Below, piece after piece: positions 14,259-30,044 of a DNA stretch of 64,000 nucleotides. The position numbers and the translations under genes are program-made. The stretch spans positions 10,416,001 to 10,480,000 of the forward strand of contig NC_134031.1 in the NCBI RefSeq assembly GCF_964204645.1, written 5' to 3'. How positions within the stretch are numbered: position 1 is the first letter of the stretch; each line of letters opens with the position of its first letter. Under the pieces are notes generated by a model. It ran no database searches. It worked only from the letters and a program-made list of their open reading frames with translations, and had not been told where the DNA came from. The stretch comes from Tubulanus polymorphus. Lineage: Eukaryota; Animalia; Nemertea.

Positions 14259-16690
<2,432 letters not shown>

Positions 16691-16855
16691 TAAGATCATC
16701 AACAAGATCAACAGCAAATCCGTTGAGCAACTTGGTCTTTATTACGTAAAAGGATACAAGTCCGAACGGTGTCCATTATAATTAAGCGGTCGTGCACGAG
16801 TACGTATGCGTATGTACATAATTTGTATGTCAGCATCTGGAGTAGACACGTTTCC

Positions 16856-17379
16856 GGGGCGCCAAAACGAAAGTTCGTTTTGGCGGGGGCGCCAAAACGG
16901 CATTTTCCTTGTTTTGGCGCGCCAAAACGAACTTTCAGAGAAATTTCGACGTTTTTCGTTGTTTTGGCGGGGGCGCCAAAACGAAAGTTCGTTTTGGCGG
17001 GGGCGCCAAAATGAAAGTTCGTTTTGGCGGGGGCACCAAAACGGAATTTTCTTTGTTTTGGCGCGCCAAAACGAACTTTTAGAGAAATTTCGACGTTTTT
17101 CGTTGTTTTGGCGGGGGCGCCAAAATGAAAGTTCGTTTCGGCGGGGTCGCCAAAACGGAATATTCTCCGTTTTGGCGCGCCAAAACGAACTTTTAGAGAA
17201 ATTTCGACGTTTTTCGTTGTTTTGGCGGGGGCGCCAAAACGGAATTTTCTTTGTTTTGGCGCGCCAAAACGAACTTTAAGAGAAAATTGGACGTTTTTTT
17301 TCGTTTTGGCGTTCTGGCGTTCTGGCGCCCTCATTTACATACCAGGAATTTTACGCTATGGCCCTTATCAGCCACCATA
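16856..17379 (-). repeat. Right TIR of the IS3EU element
   Basis: Reverse complement of the left TIR. Confidence 0.9.
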
Positions 17380-17385
17380 CTTTTG

Positions 17386-20300
17386 AGTTTTAGCTTTGCA
17401 ATATTTTGTATACAAGGGGAGCCAAACGTATTCGTTAATTTCTTCAAATCATCTTCATTGTTAACCTCTGATATTTTTTGCGTGATGTTCTTATTCCTAA
17501 TCTTTGATGATTTTATTCTTTTGACTCTTTTCTTTTATTCTATTGAATTTATGTACGAGTTTAACATGTTTTTCTAAATGAGCTATACTAGGAAAAGATA
17601 AATTTACGCCTGATGTCCAACATAATGCGCACATAACAAAATTTAAGTCATGGACAATAGATATATGCTTATCAAGGTCCGGACGACTTGAACAAATATA
17701 AGGGGATTTAGAATTATTTTTTATGCGTAATGAACATAAAACTGTCTTAGTTGTATTGACAGGAACATTTTTATTTGTTTCTTTCAGGTCTGAAGTAACC
17801 TCACGTGTTCTTATATCAACAGTTGAGTCTTCATTATCAATATCATCTATATTATCATTAGCTAAATCAGAGTTTTCATTTTTACGATTCATTTGCAATT
17901 CATTTTCAGCTGGTTTATTAGGTAACGGTTCACTAATTACATTTTGGGACAACTCAATTTTTTCATCTAGCACTGTTTTTCCTAATTTATATAATGCATC
18001 TGTGACAGTTTTATTAAATGAAACACCTCTTTTTGATAATCTTGTTCTTTTTCTACCACCATGTCGGTCACTCCAAGAAGCCTGGGGAAATGAAACATTA
18101 GGACGATAGGGATCATAGACAACAGACTCCTCAGAAGATACTAAATCATATTTGCTGTCTTTAACAGCTCCACCAAGACGTCGGGGGCCAAGATTGTGAG
18201 GCTGCCGTTTGGCTAGTTTGCCTGAAAGAAGTGGAACCCCTAAATGGCTTTCATCATGTAAGATTTTCAATATCTTGGCCTTCTTTTATAAATTCAAGCT
18301 CTTCACTTGTTGCTGAATGTAAAACAGCTTTCAATTCATCAATCAAATGACTAGTAAGAACTTGCCGAGGTGGATAATTGTTGACACCACTTTCAATTTT
18401 ATGCGACAAGTAAGACGACAGCAGTTCATCAACTCTGTTTATTTTCTTGTTGTGAGCTATTAGGGCAAATAGATGTTTGCAGAAGTAAGGCTGTCCCTTC
18501 ATTATGAATGCTTCGCAGCTACAAATACCTAGTTGAAGATTAACTATATGATAATTATCTCCTATTTTCTCTTGTAATGCATCCGGAACCAAGGTGAATA
18601 AATACTTAAAATAAAGTCTAGCAGCAAGTGAATCTAAGTCTCCAATATAACTGCGACATTTACTGATTATATCATAACTGTGTTCATTAGAGATCTGATT
18701 AAAATTACAGGCGAGAAACTGACTACTTACAGGCGTACTTGATGGTAATCGATCTTCTAATATTTGAAGGTCATAATCATTAGTGACACTTTCAAAAAAT
18801 TGATCAGACAGTGGCTCATCTGACGTATCTTCGGACCCACATATATTTCTATTTGACTTTCTGCGAGGACTATTAAAAATACCCCATCCATTTCCATCAG
18901 AGGCAACCAAAAATCCACTCTTTAACAATTCAAGTGCTCTATCACAGGTTCCTCGCACAAATGTCTTCTTTCGTATAGTTCGAATCTTTTCTGAAGATTT
19001 TTGGTAATTAAAATTGGCCGCTTTTAAATCATCATCAAATACATAACGGAGCATTTTTACTACAAAAATTGATATCAAACGATTGAGATGATTGCTGAAA
19101 TATGTTGAATCTATATCTTTGAATTTTCGTTCAGTAACATTGTCTGTCATAAGAAGGGGATTGTGACGGTCAGTAGCTATGGTGCGATATATCGGCTCAG
19201 CATTAAATATTTCTGACCATGTCTCAGATGAAAACCAATTTGTCTCGAGATAATTTATCAAATTTTTCTTTGAGTCATCACTTAGTAAGTTTGCAGGGAT
19301 ATTATTCTTTATAAAATTGAGAAATTCATTAGCAAGGAAAGTGTGGGAAGGTTTATCCCATGAGCGCATAACACATTTAAATCCCGTCTCTAATGGCCTC
19401 ATAAGCAATTTTAATTGTGAATCATTATTCAAAGTACGTCTAATGCACTGTAAAGCATGAAAATTACAGAGAACAGACAGCAAACCATTTAATGATGCTC
19501 CCCTTTTAAGGGCAGTATCTCTGTCATGTTGTACTAGAGGGGAAAGGGGTTGAATGAAAGAACATGGACGGATTGAGAAAAAACCACTGCCATCATTGTA
19601 TATATAGAACTCTCTAGGATGTTGACAATCTATTCTTTGACAGGGTGTGTTAGCACATAAAATCTGAAGTGAGAGAGCATGCGAATCTGCATCATCAGAA
19701 TTGCTTACTGAAGCTGCTGCTATACGACCTTCGTTTAAACTATCAGTAAATGTAATAAAAGCTGGTTTTGAATCTAACTGCATTGAAATCATGTTTAACA
19801 TCCATTCCTATAACTGAACGGCCAAATTTTGATAGATATGAAAGATTTTTTTCAGGAGCTAATACAAAATGATAATTTTTTTTCAGACTCCGATCTCCCC
19901 TTTGAAATAAAATCACAGATTCCACTTCAGTCTCTAATAGTTTTTCAGTATTGCGCCAATCTGAGCTAACCAAAGGGATATCATCTTGGCTTCGCATACT
20001 TTTTTTAACAGCCTCCCTATCGATATAACGCAATCGATCACTTACTTGCTTTAATGTATGATTCACTGAGGAGCTTTCTTCATTTTCATTTGACAAATGG
20101 ACTTTCTGTTGATTGTTTGTAGCAGAAAGAACTTGTTTTGGAGTAGCTTTAAGTACGATTCGTTGTTGATCCCACTTATCTCTGGTTGCTAGGGATGGAC
20201 GTTTATTTGATTGTACAGGAACACTCTGATGGTATTTACCATTATCGCAATGTTTATATATCTTCCATGTTGAAAGGTCATCATTGTATAAGACAAGCTT

Positions 20301-22266
20301 TATTTTCCAATTGCAAACTAGATGAGGGTGTTTTGGTTGATCACTTAATCTTGCCTGGGCTGGTCGATCCTTTTTTGTTCTCAATTTATAATTGTAGCGA
20401 ATAACACAAAGTTTCCTACCATCAGTGTCTAAAACCCATTTTTTACTAGACGCAGTTGTACAGTGCTCACAAATGTTAGGCAATTCTAAATTCAGATGAC
20501 AAGCAGTGCAGTTCATGGCTGTTATTGATCTATCTAAACCACTAAGTAATTCACCACATGCTGAGCGACAATCATTTGACTTAGATGAACATGTTATGAT
20601 CATTTCAACAACTTTTTTCCCATGAGGTTTTTCATTGATTCCTGATATGAACTCATATTTTTCATCAAATCTGTGAGTTTTCTTTCCCCCATCCAGCCTT
20701 TTCTGTTACAGATACCTTCATAGTTGTTTGATTACCTGGATAAATAGCACGCACATTTTTGTCAAACATATAGACTTTTTTGGTGATATCAAATGTAAAT
20801 TTACTGAAGTGATTTTTGGTTTCAACACCAGTTTCTAATTCACCATCTTCTATCCACTGAATAGTAGTGAATTCTCGAATCCAATTACAAGCCTCTCCAT
20901 TGTTCAAAAACTCATTGATTCTATCCATTGATACCTTATCATCCTTTCCAGCATCCGAGCATGGGAATGTTTTATGTAACTGCTTTCCCGTTTTCAAAGT
21001 GATTTTCAATTCTAATACGTGATTACTGTTTCTGCACCAATGATGAATTTTTGGTTTCCCTTTAATTAATTCGCTTAACTTGTTCAAACATTTTTCTTCC
21101 ACTAAAGGGCTGCTTCTAGTAGGGCCTTGAGGTTTCTTGAGGTTAGCGTGCGTATACGATTCTTTTTTCCTCTTTGATACTGGTATTTCAAAGTCATCAT
21201 CATCATTATCAGAAATTGTGATTATCTTAGTACCTTTCCTTTTCAGTTTAGATGCAAGACCATTCTCTCTTGGTATAACCGAAGAATCAGTTGAATAAAT
21301 ATGACTTAACTGAATTGATTGTCCAATTATCCAGTCAATAAGAACTTTGCGTATAAAATGTGAATGTTTGCTTATGTCATGTAAATATCCAATTTTTGAA
21401 GATATAGGGCTGAAACTAGTAAGATTTGAAAATTCCTCAATATCCTGGGCCGCAAGACATCCTATGAGTACAGCAGATGGACCACAGACAGAACTACATG
21501 TTTGAATAGGATAAAGAGGTGCACAAGATCTACCACAATTGACAAATCGGCGGCTTGCGTTATGATGTTCTGTATCATGGCAACAAAGAAGAGTGGGCAA
21601 TGGGAGTTTAAAATTTGAACATAGCTCGTTGATATTAGCCACTAATGCTATTGGACAAGACCAGCCCAATGTGTCCAAATAAAAGAGCTTGTTGTTTACC
21701 TTATCATAAACTGCAAGGGCCCAATGATTAGCATTTTGAGCATTTAAAACAGAAACATTATCAATGCAGCCAACATGAAGGAAAAAGATCATTCCATCAC
21801 ATTGTTCAATAGAACCAATTTTAGTTACACACTCAAAGAAATATTTCAAATTGTTAGCACTGTGGACAGTTTCAGTGTGAGGGTGGTTGGAGGGTTCAGA
21901 ATCAAACCAGTCACATACTTTCTTAAATTCATTTTTCTTTGCTTTGACAGTAGTTAAGATATAAATAAACCTGTTTATCTCACCCAAACTAAAGCATCCA
22001 TAATCGAGTTTTACATGCGCATGCCCTGCTCCGGTTGTCAGTCTATCTTGAAGTTGAGTTTTGATCTGGTTAAGCTGGTTTAAAGGTGGTGTGTATCTCG
22101 ATTGATCTGCTTTCTTGCACTCTTCAGACGAACAAATAACAAAATCTACATTAGTTGATAATCTGGTTTCTGGAATAATGAAAGTTGAAAAATACTCTAG
22201 CCCATCACTTGTCTCATTAGTTGTCGTATCTGCATTCATGTCGCTGGTTTCATCATCACTGATCAT
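17386..22266 (-). pseudogene. Decayed Mutator-like (MULE) gene: Ulp1-like protease, DDE transposase, SWIM, C2H2, continuing to the PHD at 8549
   Basis: Consecutive ORFs 22266-20665 (HWALAVYD..FYLDTLG..QTCSSVCG), 20603-19743 (GMDVKHDFN), 19801-18254 (QHDRD, CNFH, TDNVTERKF, CSC..FCKH), 18270-17497 (CALC..HLEKHVKLVH). Confidence 0.7.
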
Positions 22267-22679
22267 TATAATTTCCTCATAGCCACCACCGCTGAAACTT
22301 GAAAATAATTGCTATCATTATCAATCAGGGAGATATTTTTGTTACATGACCAATCAAATTGATATTTACCTGGATACAAAATTATAATTATTATTATTCC
22401 TGACCCTTGCGCGTAGAATCCTGCTCTGTAGCATCTCTCAGCAATTTTTCACTGAAATGAAATTCATATTCTTGCATTATTTACATTCATAATTCCTAAG
22501 ATTTACCAAGCAACAGCATGGTTACAGTAAAAGCACTTGTGTAGATTAACAAGAAGAAACTAAGGAGAGAATAATAATTTGTTTGAATAATTCATAGCAG
22601 CTGTTATGTATTGTACCTTATTCCTATTGATTGAAGAAACAGTCATACATAATTTCTTAAAATTAACAATGTTTTTTCT

Positions 22680-23370
22680 TTACCTCGGTACATGGTGATC
22701 TATCACATGATCTAACAGTTCCATATCAGTTTCATAATGAAATCTGTTGCACCAACACTCCAGTTTCCTCGCAGGTTGATGAACGGCAGTACATGTATAT
22801 GTTGAAGTCTTCTCACCAACCCAAATAGCCTTCTTAACCTTCTCAACAGTTAAGCAATCATACCTGAAAAATTAGATTAAGGGCAACATTTGCAGTGTAG
22901 AGACAGACATAACTTAAATTCTGAATTTATTTAGGTACCAGTATTATGTTTATTTACCTGTTTGTTGTTCTAAAATCAATGTTCTTCAGTGTTGTTGGTT
23001 TTCTCATATGTCGTCTACTGAGATGTTTCTTCTTTGATGGTTGAATATTGTTTGAATCGTCAGTTGTCACGCGTGTAATTTTTCTGGTTCGTCTCCATGA
23101 GATGACTAGACTCTCTGATTTTGGTTCAGCTGAAATCAATGAAAATTTGTTCTCAAGATACTTTCCACGTTTCAACATAACTGAAAATGTCATATTAAGC
23201 ATTATTTCAAATGCTTACATAATGCTGGTTGAAAAGCACAAATACTCGAATAAGAATGTGGAAATTCATCAGTTACTTCCACAGGACGCGTGCAATTAGA
23301 TAAGGGAGGATAATTGCAGTCATAGTCATCTACATCAAGTTGCTCCTCACACACTCGAATTGGTTCCCTT
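22680..23370 (-). CDS. Possible small spliced gene of unknown function
   Basis: GT-AG bounded open segments ending CWCNRFHYETDMELLDHVIDHH (zinc-finger-like). Confidence 0.25.
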
Positions 23371-23884
23371 CAATTAAAAACCAAGAAATTAAACATTTAT
23401 AAAAGGTTGATATCATAGAGTTCAACACTGCACTGACACCCTACCACTTGAAAATTTGCAAACAGGACTTTTTGAAGAATTTTCGAAAATAAAATGTGAA
23501 AATCAATATTCTGCCACCAAAACCTGCTAACACTACTGGACTGCTAATTAGCAAACTTGTTACTGGCTTTCTTTATGCATGTATGTGGCACAAAAATATT
23601 TGTGAGTTTTAATTTTTACTTTGTCGGTTCTACAGCCAACTATCGTCCAGCTTGTGGTGCCATCTCTGCGAGTAGCAAATTATTAACCCTGTAATTTAAT
23701 TGGGGCCAATCTCTGGCCTTTATTTGGCCTAATTGGACGATGATCTGTTAGAATATATTACATATATTTTCAGTGATCTTAGACTTAGTATGTAAGATTC
23801 CCATTATCGGTCGATGTCTACGAGATAGAACCTAATAATTGACAGTCAAAGAGGAGTCAGCTATCACATTCCTAACTGGCTAAC

Positions 23885-25003
23885 TTACGGTTTAATGTTT
23901 TCGAAGAGAGAAGCTGCCATCTTCTTGATACCAAGCCGACTGAAATGAAGTCCATCGGCGCACAAAAAGTCATTCAAATATTCATCGAAGTCATCATGAC
24001 TGATGAATGTTGTAAAACCATAAACCTAAAACAGAAAATAAAATTCCATTATAAATTGGTGACAAGTCATTTCAGCTTAAACATATCAAAGACATGAAAT
24101 ATATGCCAAAACAATCACAATTTACCTGGCAAAGTTCTTCAAGCAGCTGATTAGCTCTCCTGATCTCCATATTCATTCGATCAATGAATGCCCGATGATC
24201 TCTTCGCTCCTTCGCCAAAACTACGTGCCTAGTCTCCCTCCTCAACAATATGCCTATAAAACAAAACAAAAAATGAATTATATCAACAACAATAATTTTC
24301 AATTTTGCAACTAGTGAAAACTTAACAAAGCCTACCTGATACATAAATCTGGCAATGTGGATTGAATCTCCGGAGCCTGTTGAATAGGCATACCATCTCA
24401 TCCCTCACATTCACTGGACTTCGGCCCTATAATGTAAATTTATATCAATTATCATCACTGAAAGTTAAGAAAAAGTTGCAATTAATGACACTCTTTTTTT
24501 CTAATCAAGTGTTAACATTAGCCAAATCAAGTGTTCAAGACAAAAACAACACAATTTCTCACTTAGTAAGAGTCAATAGATTTAAGACACTGAATATTCA
24601 CTAACTTTATACCTCAAAGTTAGAAATGGGCCTACTACACTAATACAGTAAGCTCACAATGTCATTACGGTATAAACTGAAAGAATGATAATCTACTAAG
24701 AAGCGTGCAATTATAAGCAGAAGAAACCTGAATAAGATTATTCGTGCCACCATGGATAACAATGCCATCTGCACCCGAAACCAGTTGTCCAACACTCGAA
24801 CCTGCTGCCTCCAGAATCTCCGCAACCGTGCTCCCCGACCACCAGAACAAATTCTGCCACTCCACTACATCGATTAGGGTTGATCCTCTCCGACTACAGC
24901 AACCAGCCATATACTTCAGCATACTATCGCTGAAAAAAAGAACAGACGACGGCAACCCAGCACCAGGACTAGGAGCAGCTACCTTCCTAAAACTTAAAGA
25001 CAT
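23885..25003 (-). CDS. Four-exon SGNH/GDSL esterase-like protein
   Basis: Exons 25003-24728, 24426-24336, 24253-24126 and 24025-23885 splice in frame: FFSDSML, IHGGTNNL, IYVSGILLRR, ANQLLEELC, ADGLHFS. Confidence 0.75.
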
Positions 25004-26859
25004 GATTAATTATCAAAACAATACAATACAATAATACACCGAGAGAGAGGTGGAAATTGGATAGCAGGCTACCACTAACTTCTAGAATGAAACAGAAAGC
25101 CTAAGTAAAGGGACCTACAACCACGAAAAAAAACTTGAGCACGAACTAGGGCTACGGGGACCACAAGTGCGTTTAAAAAAATTCTTCACCTAAAAGTTAA
25201 AAATATACGTTAATTAGAATAAAAAGTATATAAAACTGACCGTATACGTAATATATATAAACACTTTGATGCGTATGTGTATGTAGATCTGAAGTATCGC
25301 GCTACCAATTGCTCGAAATTCGCTCAAAATGTAGCACGAAAAGCAGCTCTAAGTTACCGCAATAAGGGTGACCAAACAAACTGCGCATTCCCGCTGCAAA
25401 AGTTCACGCAGGTTAATTCCAGCAGCGTACTGACATGACCCACTTTTGAAAAACTGACATGTAGTGACGCCTGCGCACTCGACTGTTTTCTGGACTTAGA
25501 GAATTTCCCCAACACATACATCATGCGCATGCGTTAAAAACGGAGACATTGGAAACATTACGGTTTTTGCAACCGAGACACTCTGGAGGCGGCCATGTTA
25601 CATTGTTCACGTGATGAAATACTGAAATCTGATTGGATCCGTATATTCCACGGAAGATGGCGGACGGGTTAAACCTGTCCTATTCTGACTGCGAATGCAG
25701 GTGGCGCAGAATTGGACAGGCGACCAGTCCATCTTCATTTACACCGGTTACTGTCACAACCCAAGTGGCAATCACCCCGTATTCAAACTATTATAAATTG
25801 AAGATTTCAGAGGTGGCACGTGCTCTCCAGGAAAAGAAGAAAAATAGTTCATATGAAGTAGAAGATTAAGAAATTATAGAAACGGAAGCCAAATCATTCA
25901 TTACGAGCGGGTGGATCCGATTGTTTTTTGAATTTTTGCCACGCTGGGCGGCCCCGCAACCGCCAATTCGTTCGTTGGAATTAATACAATTTATATCTCC
26001 CAGTTTTGATGTGATTGGGATTTTGAAAAATCAATCTTGTGAGAATAGAATGGTACCGGTATTAGTAGTACGTATTTATAGTTTAGTATCACGTAGTAAT
26101 AGACTGCTTAGCGGATGGATGATATCCTCGTTAGTAAGCCTGTACCATGAAGTTCGATCATTGGGTTATCATAAAGCCGTTCGTCTAAAATAATCCAGAC
26201 GGAAAATATGGACCGAACCTCAACTGCATATTAAAACACAACAAGGTGACAACTGCAGTCCTTGGTATGCCGATGTGAGTCCAACTTTCCCTAGTTGAAT
26301 AGCTCACAGACTTGGAATCATACCGAAAATAGCAATTGTGGAATTTATTCCTATTTCACTCGGAATAAACCGAGGAAAAATTTTGTGCTAAGTGGCGTAC
26401 GATGGCGATCAAGATAAATTTTGAAATCTAAGAATAGTTGATTCCTAGTCTTAGTTTCATCAAGCGACTCCCTTTTGTTAAAATGTAATCATTCCTAGCT
26501 CACAAACGATATAAACTTCGAAAATCACTAACTATAATGATTCTAGATCTCGAGTCGGAAGTTACCAATAATCCCTTAATTTGAAATTAAACTAGTGATG
26601 TCCAGCTCAGAGACTCGAAATTTACACAAACGCTCGTGAAAAAAGGGCGATGATTAACTCAGAAACTCAGAATGTACTAACAAAATCACTTTTGAAATTA
26701 AAAGGGCAATGATTTCAGCTCACAGAAACTCGGAATTTACCTAAATCACTTATGAAATGCGATGATTTCATTCACTTCAGAAATGTAGCGGTGTGACATC
26801 GCTCTCTTGAAAAGAATCCATTGTTGTTCTGGTGAGTTGTGTGTGATCCCGGTTGTCAC

Positions 26860-27270
26860 TGCGAAATTAAAAGGGCGATGATTTCGGCTCAGAAACTCGG
26901 AATTTACCTAATAGTCGCTTGCGAAATTAAAAGGGCGATCATTTCGGCTCAGAAACTCGGAATTTACCTAAAAGTCACTTGCGAAATTAAAAGGGCGATG
27001 ATCTCGGCTCAGACACTCGGAATTTACCTAAAAGTCGCTTGCGAAATTAAAAGGGCGATCATTTCGGCTCAGAAACTCGAAATTTACCTACAAAATCGCT
27101 TGCGAAATTAAAAGGGCGATTATTTCGGCTCAGAAACTCGAAATTTACCTACAAAATCGCTTGCGAAATTAAAAGGGCGATGATTTGAGCTCAAAAACTC
27201 GGAAAATACCTAAAAAGTCACTTGCGAAATTAAAAGAGCTCATTTCAGCTCAGAAACTCGGAATTTACGT
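26860..27270. repeat. 60-bp tandem repeat
   Basis: GCGAAATTAAAAGGGCGATGATTTCGGCTCAGAAACTCGGAATTTACCTAAAAGTCGCTT about 7 times, degenerate copies upstream. Confidence 0.9.
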
Positions 27271-27703
27271 AGTCGGATACTCGCTTATATCACAATCACA
27301 TTTGTATCACATGAATACTGATGGTCCAGAATTTTCTCCTCTTTTCACTTTTCTGTTCCGACCCTTTTTTTTCTGGCTGTAAATCGATGATACATATCAA
27401 CAGTCGTTACTCTAGTTGTGAGAGTATATTGGAAAAAAATAAACCCGAAATATTTCAGTGTTTTTAATCATTTCTTGTAGATATGGATTGAATTTTTCCG
27501 TTTACAGAAATTAATTGGAAGTCGTATAGTTTTTGGAAACGGCTGGAAATCGGAATTTTTCGAAGTCGAAGGATTTGTCTGGTCCCAAAAAGATCCAACT
27601 TACGCAAGGCTTTTAGACTTCGGATAAACCGTCGAAATCACTTTACAATTTTAAAACTAGTTATTCATAGCTCAGGAAGTCGGAAGAAACCCCACTTCAT
27701 CTC

Positions 27704-30044
27704 CGGTTCCTGAACTTCGCTGAAAAAGCTGAAACACTGAAAAGCTGAAACGCTGAAATAAAAACGCTGAAATTTCAGGGAGTTTCCAAAAAACGCCGAA
27801 ATTTCAGGGAATTCCCGAAAAATGCTGAAATCGTGCTAGGTACCGACAATACACGTTTTGAAATGTTTTCCGGGCCGGTGTCCGCTGACGAGTCCTGATC
27901 CGTGTTTTATGCTCTACCTTCGGTTACAGAGACATGCCTTAAGGTCATCGTCATGATCGACTTGATCGATTGCGGATTGCGTGGATTGTTAGATGTGTTT
28001 TTTGCCATAGTTTTATGTGCATATACCGGTACGATCTAACAATGAAGTTATCACTTCATTTGAATAAATTCTTAATTACAGTAATATTAATTCACAATAT
28101 TTTTTCTTATGTTTGGTGATTTCTTGCAACTTATCATTGCCAAGTCTCATACAAGTAGTTGCTGAATGAAAGTACAGTTAGGCTGAACCCGATAACCCAA
28201 ATTAAGTGCTAGCATGGAACTAATGATTATTTTGATTCTATTTTCGGTGTCATTGAAATTCGTTAATAAAGGTTCAACCGTCATAGTATACTGTACTTAG
28301 CATTGCTACGATTGGGTGCCATATTTCTACAATTTCTACAAGGAGGAAGGAATCTTTAAGTGTCTTTGTTCCCGGGCAGGGTACGGGGTAAAACCTGGTT
28401 TACTTTCTCTTTCGACTTGCCGGAGACTACTATCTGCAATGTATTGCATGCTTTGATTTGTCTGGCCTATAGGAGTCGAACGATATTTTTTTCCCATACA
28501 CAGGCTTGGCTTTAGTGTAGATGAAGGCTAGGCACTGCACATTGTGGATTGACTGGAACTCTTAACTCACAAAATTAAACGAGTCAACAAGAAAGATCCA
28601 ATAATTGGATATTTGTCTAACTATATTATCTAACAGCTTGAAATAATACATAACACATTCTGCAAGAGTACACAAAGGAAATCAGTTCTTACATTATATC
28701 AGAATCAATAGTTCGCTTAACTCTGGCTAGAATTCTGGTTCCATTGCTTCATATTCTAATGAAATCCACTAGCATACCTTAGAATATCGCTTAGCTTAAG
28801 ACTAAAAATTTGGTACCAGGAAACAGGGAAGAAAAGTGGGTGTACTGTACATCCGCAATTGACTTATTTCGAATAGCCATTTTATTTTTAAAAATTGTGT
28901 CGTTCAGCTATCCTGCTGCAAATTTCGCAGTTGAAGTTTACTGGTGCCATCTGATTTCTCAGTATCTCAAAAAATTTGCACATTCTAAGCCGGAATCTAA
29001 AAATAGGAAAAGGTGCATTTTAGTCGGATATAAAAGAATAGTGGCTAATACACCCTGGACTATATAGCCTATGGGTTGGGCCTAGTTTGAAAGCACTGAG
29101 GTCCGAGAGAACAGCACTTAGTAAATAAATACTGAAATTAAACTTACAAAACACCCAGTACTTGAGATGATGTACTTGACAAGAAGTGTCTCCAGCTAAG
29201 CAAATCAACTTTGTCTATGACTCCTCCTTTTATAGATTCAGTAGTAGTCTACAAATAAGAATCGGTACATTTTTCTAACAGTTGGTATGTCATTTCTTCA
29301 AAAAAACTAATTATTATCACGCCACAGCAAATAAATTATTCACAGTTGTTGAATGGTTTGCCCGATTTAGATTATTTGGTTGACGCTAATCAGTATGACC
29401 CATACGTAGGGGCCTACTGCATGCCATTGGCGTCAATCCATTCCATTCCATTCCACAGTGAATTAAAAAGAAATTTAGTTAGATCCCTTTTGTCCAAAAG
29501 CTGCATCATTTATATAACTAGCTGTCAAATTTAATTTACCTCCTTCAGAGAATACCATAGTGACATAGTCCGTCGCCCATCAACGTGTTGACAAAAGAAA
29601 AGTTGCTCCATGTTTTATACATGAACGTTCAAATAAGATATTTTGCGTCTTGCAGGGAATATTGAGCATTAGTGTTTAAGTTGGCTTGCACGGTTTGTGA
29701 ATGGGTTTTCCTCATTATGCTGCCTGTACGCATTAAAAATCCGGATTTCAAGCGAATTAATTTGTCCAACAAGTGGCCCTCTAGAAGTATACTCCACACA
29801 TACTGTCCATGCGTGTCTCTGTAACCGAAGGTAGAGACTAAAACACGGTTCAGGACTCGGCAGCGGACACCGGCCCGGAAAATATTTCAAAACGTGTATT
29901 GTTGGTACCTAGCACGATTTCAGCGTTTTTTGGGAATTCCCTGAAATTTCGGCGTTTTTCGGAAATTCCCTGAAATTTCAGCGTTTTTATTTCAGCGTTT
30001 CAGCGTTTCAGTGATTCAGCTTTTTCAGCGAAGTTCAGGAACCG
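27704..30044. mobile_element. Non-autonomous DNA transposon, TIRs about 235 bp, CGG...CCG termini, 6-bp TSD
   Basis: CGGTTCCTGAACTTCGCTGAAAAAGCTGAA... inverted at the right end; CATCTC at 27698-27703 and 30045-30050. Confidence 0.85.
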
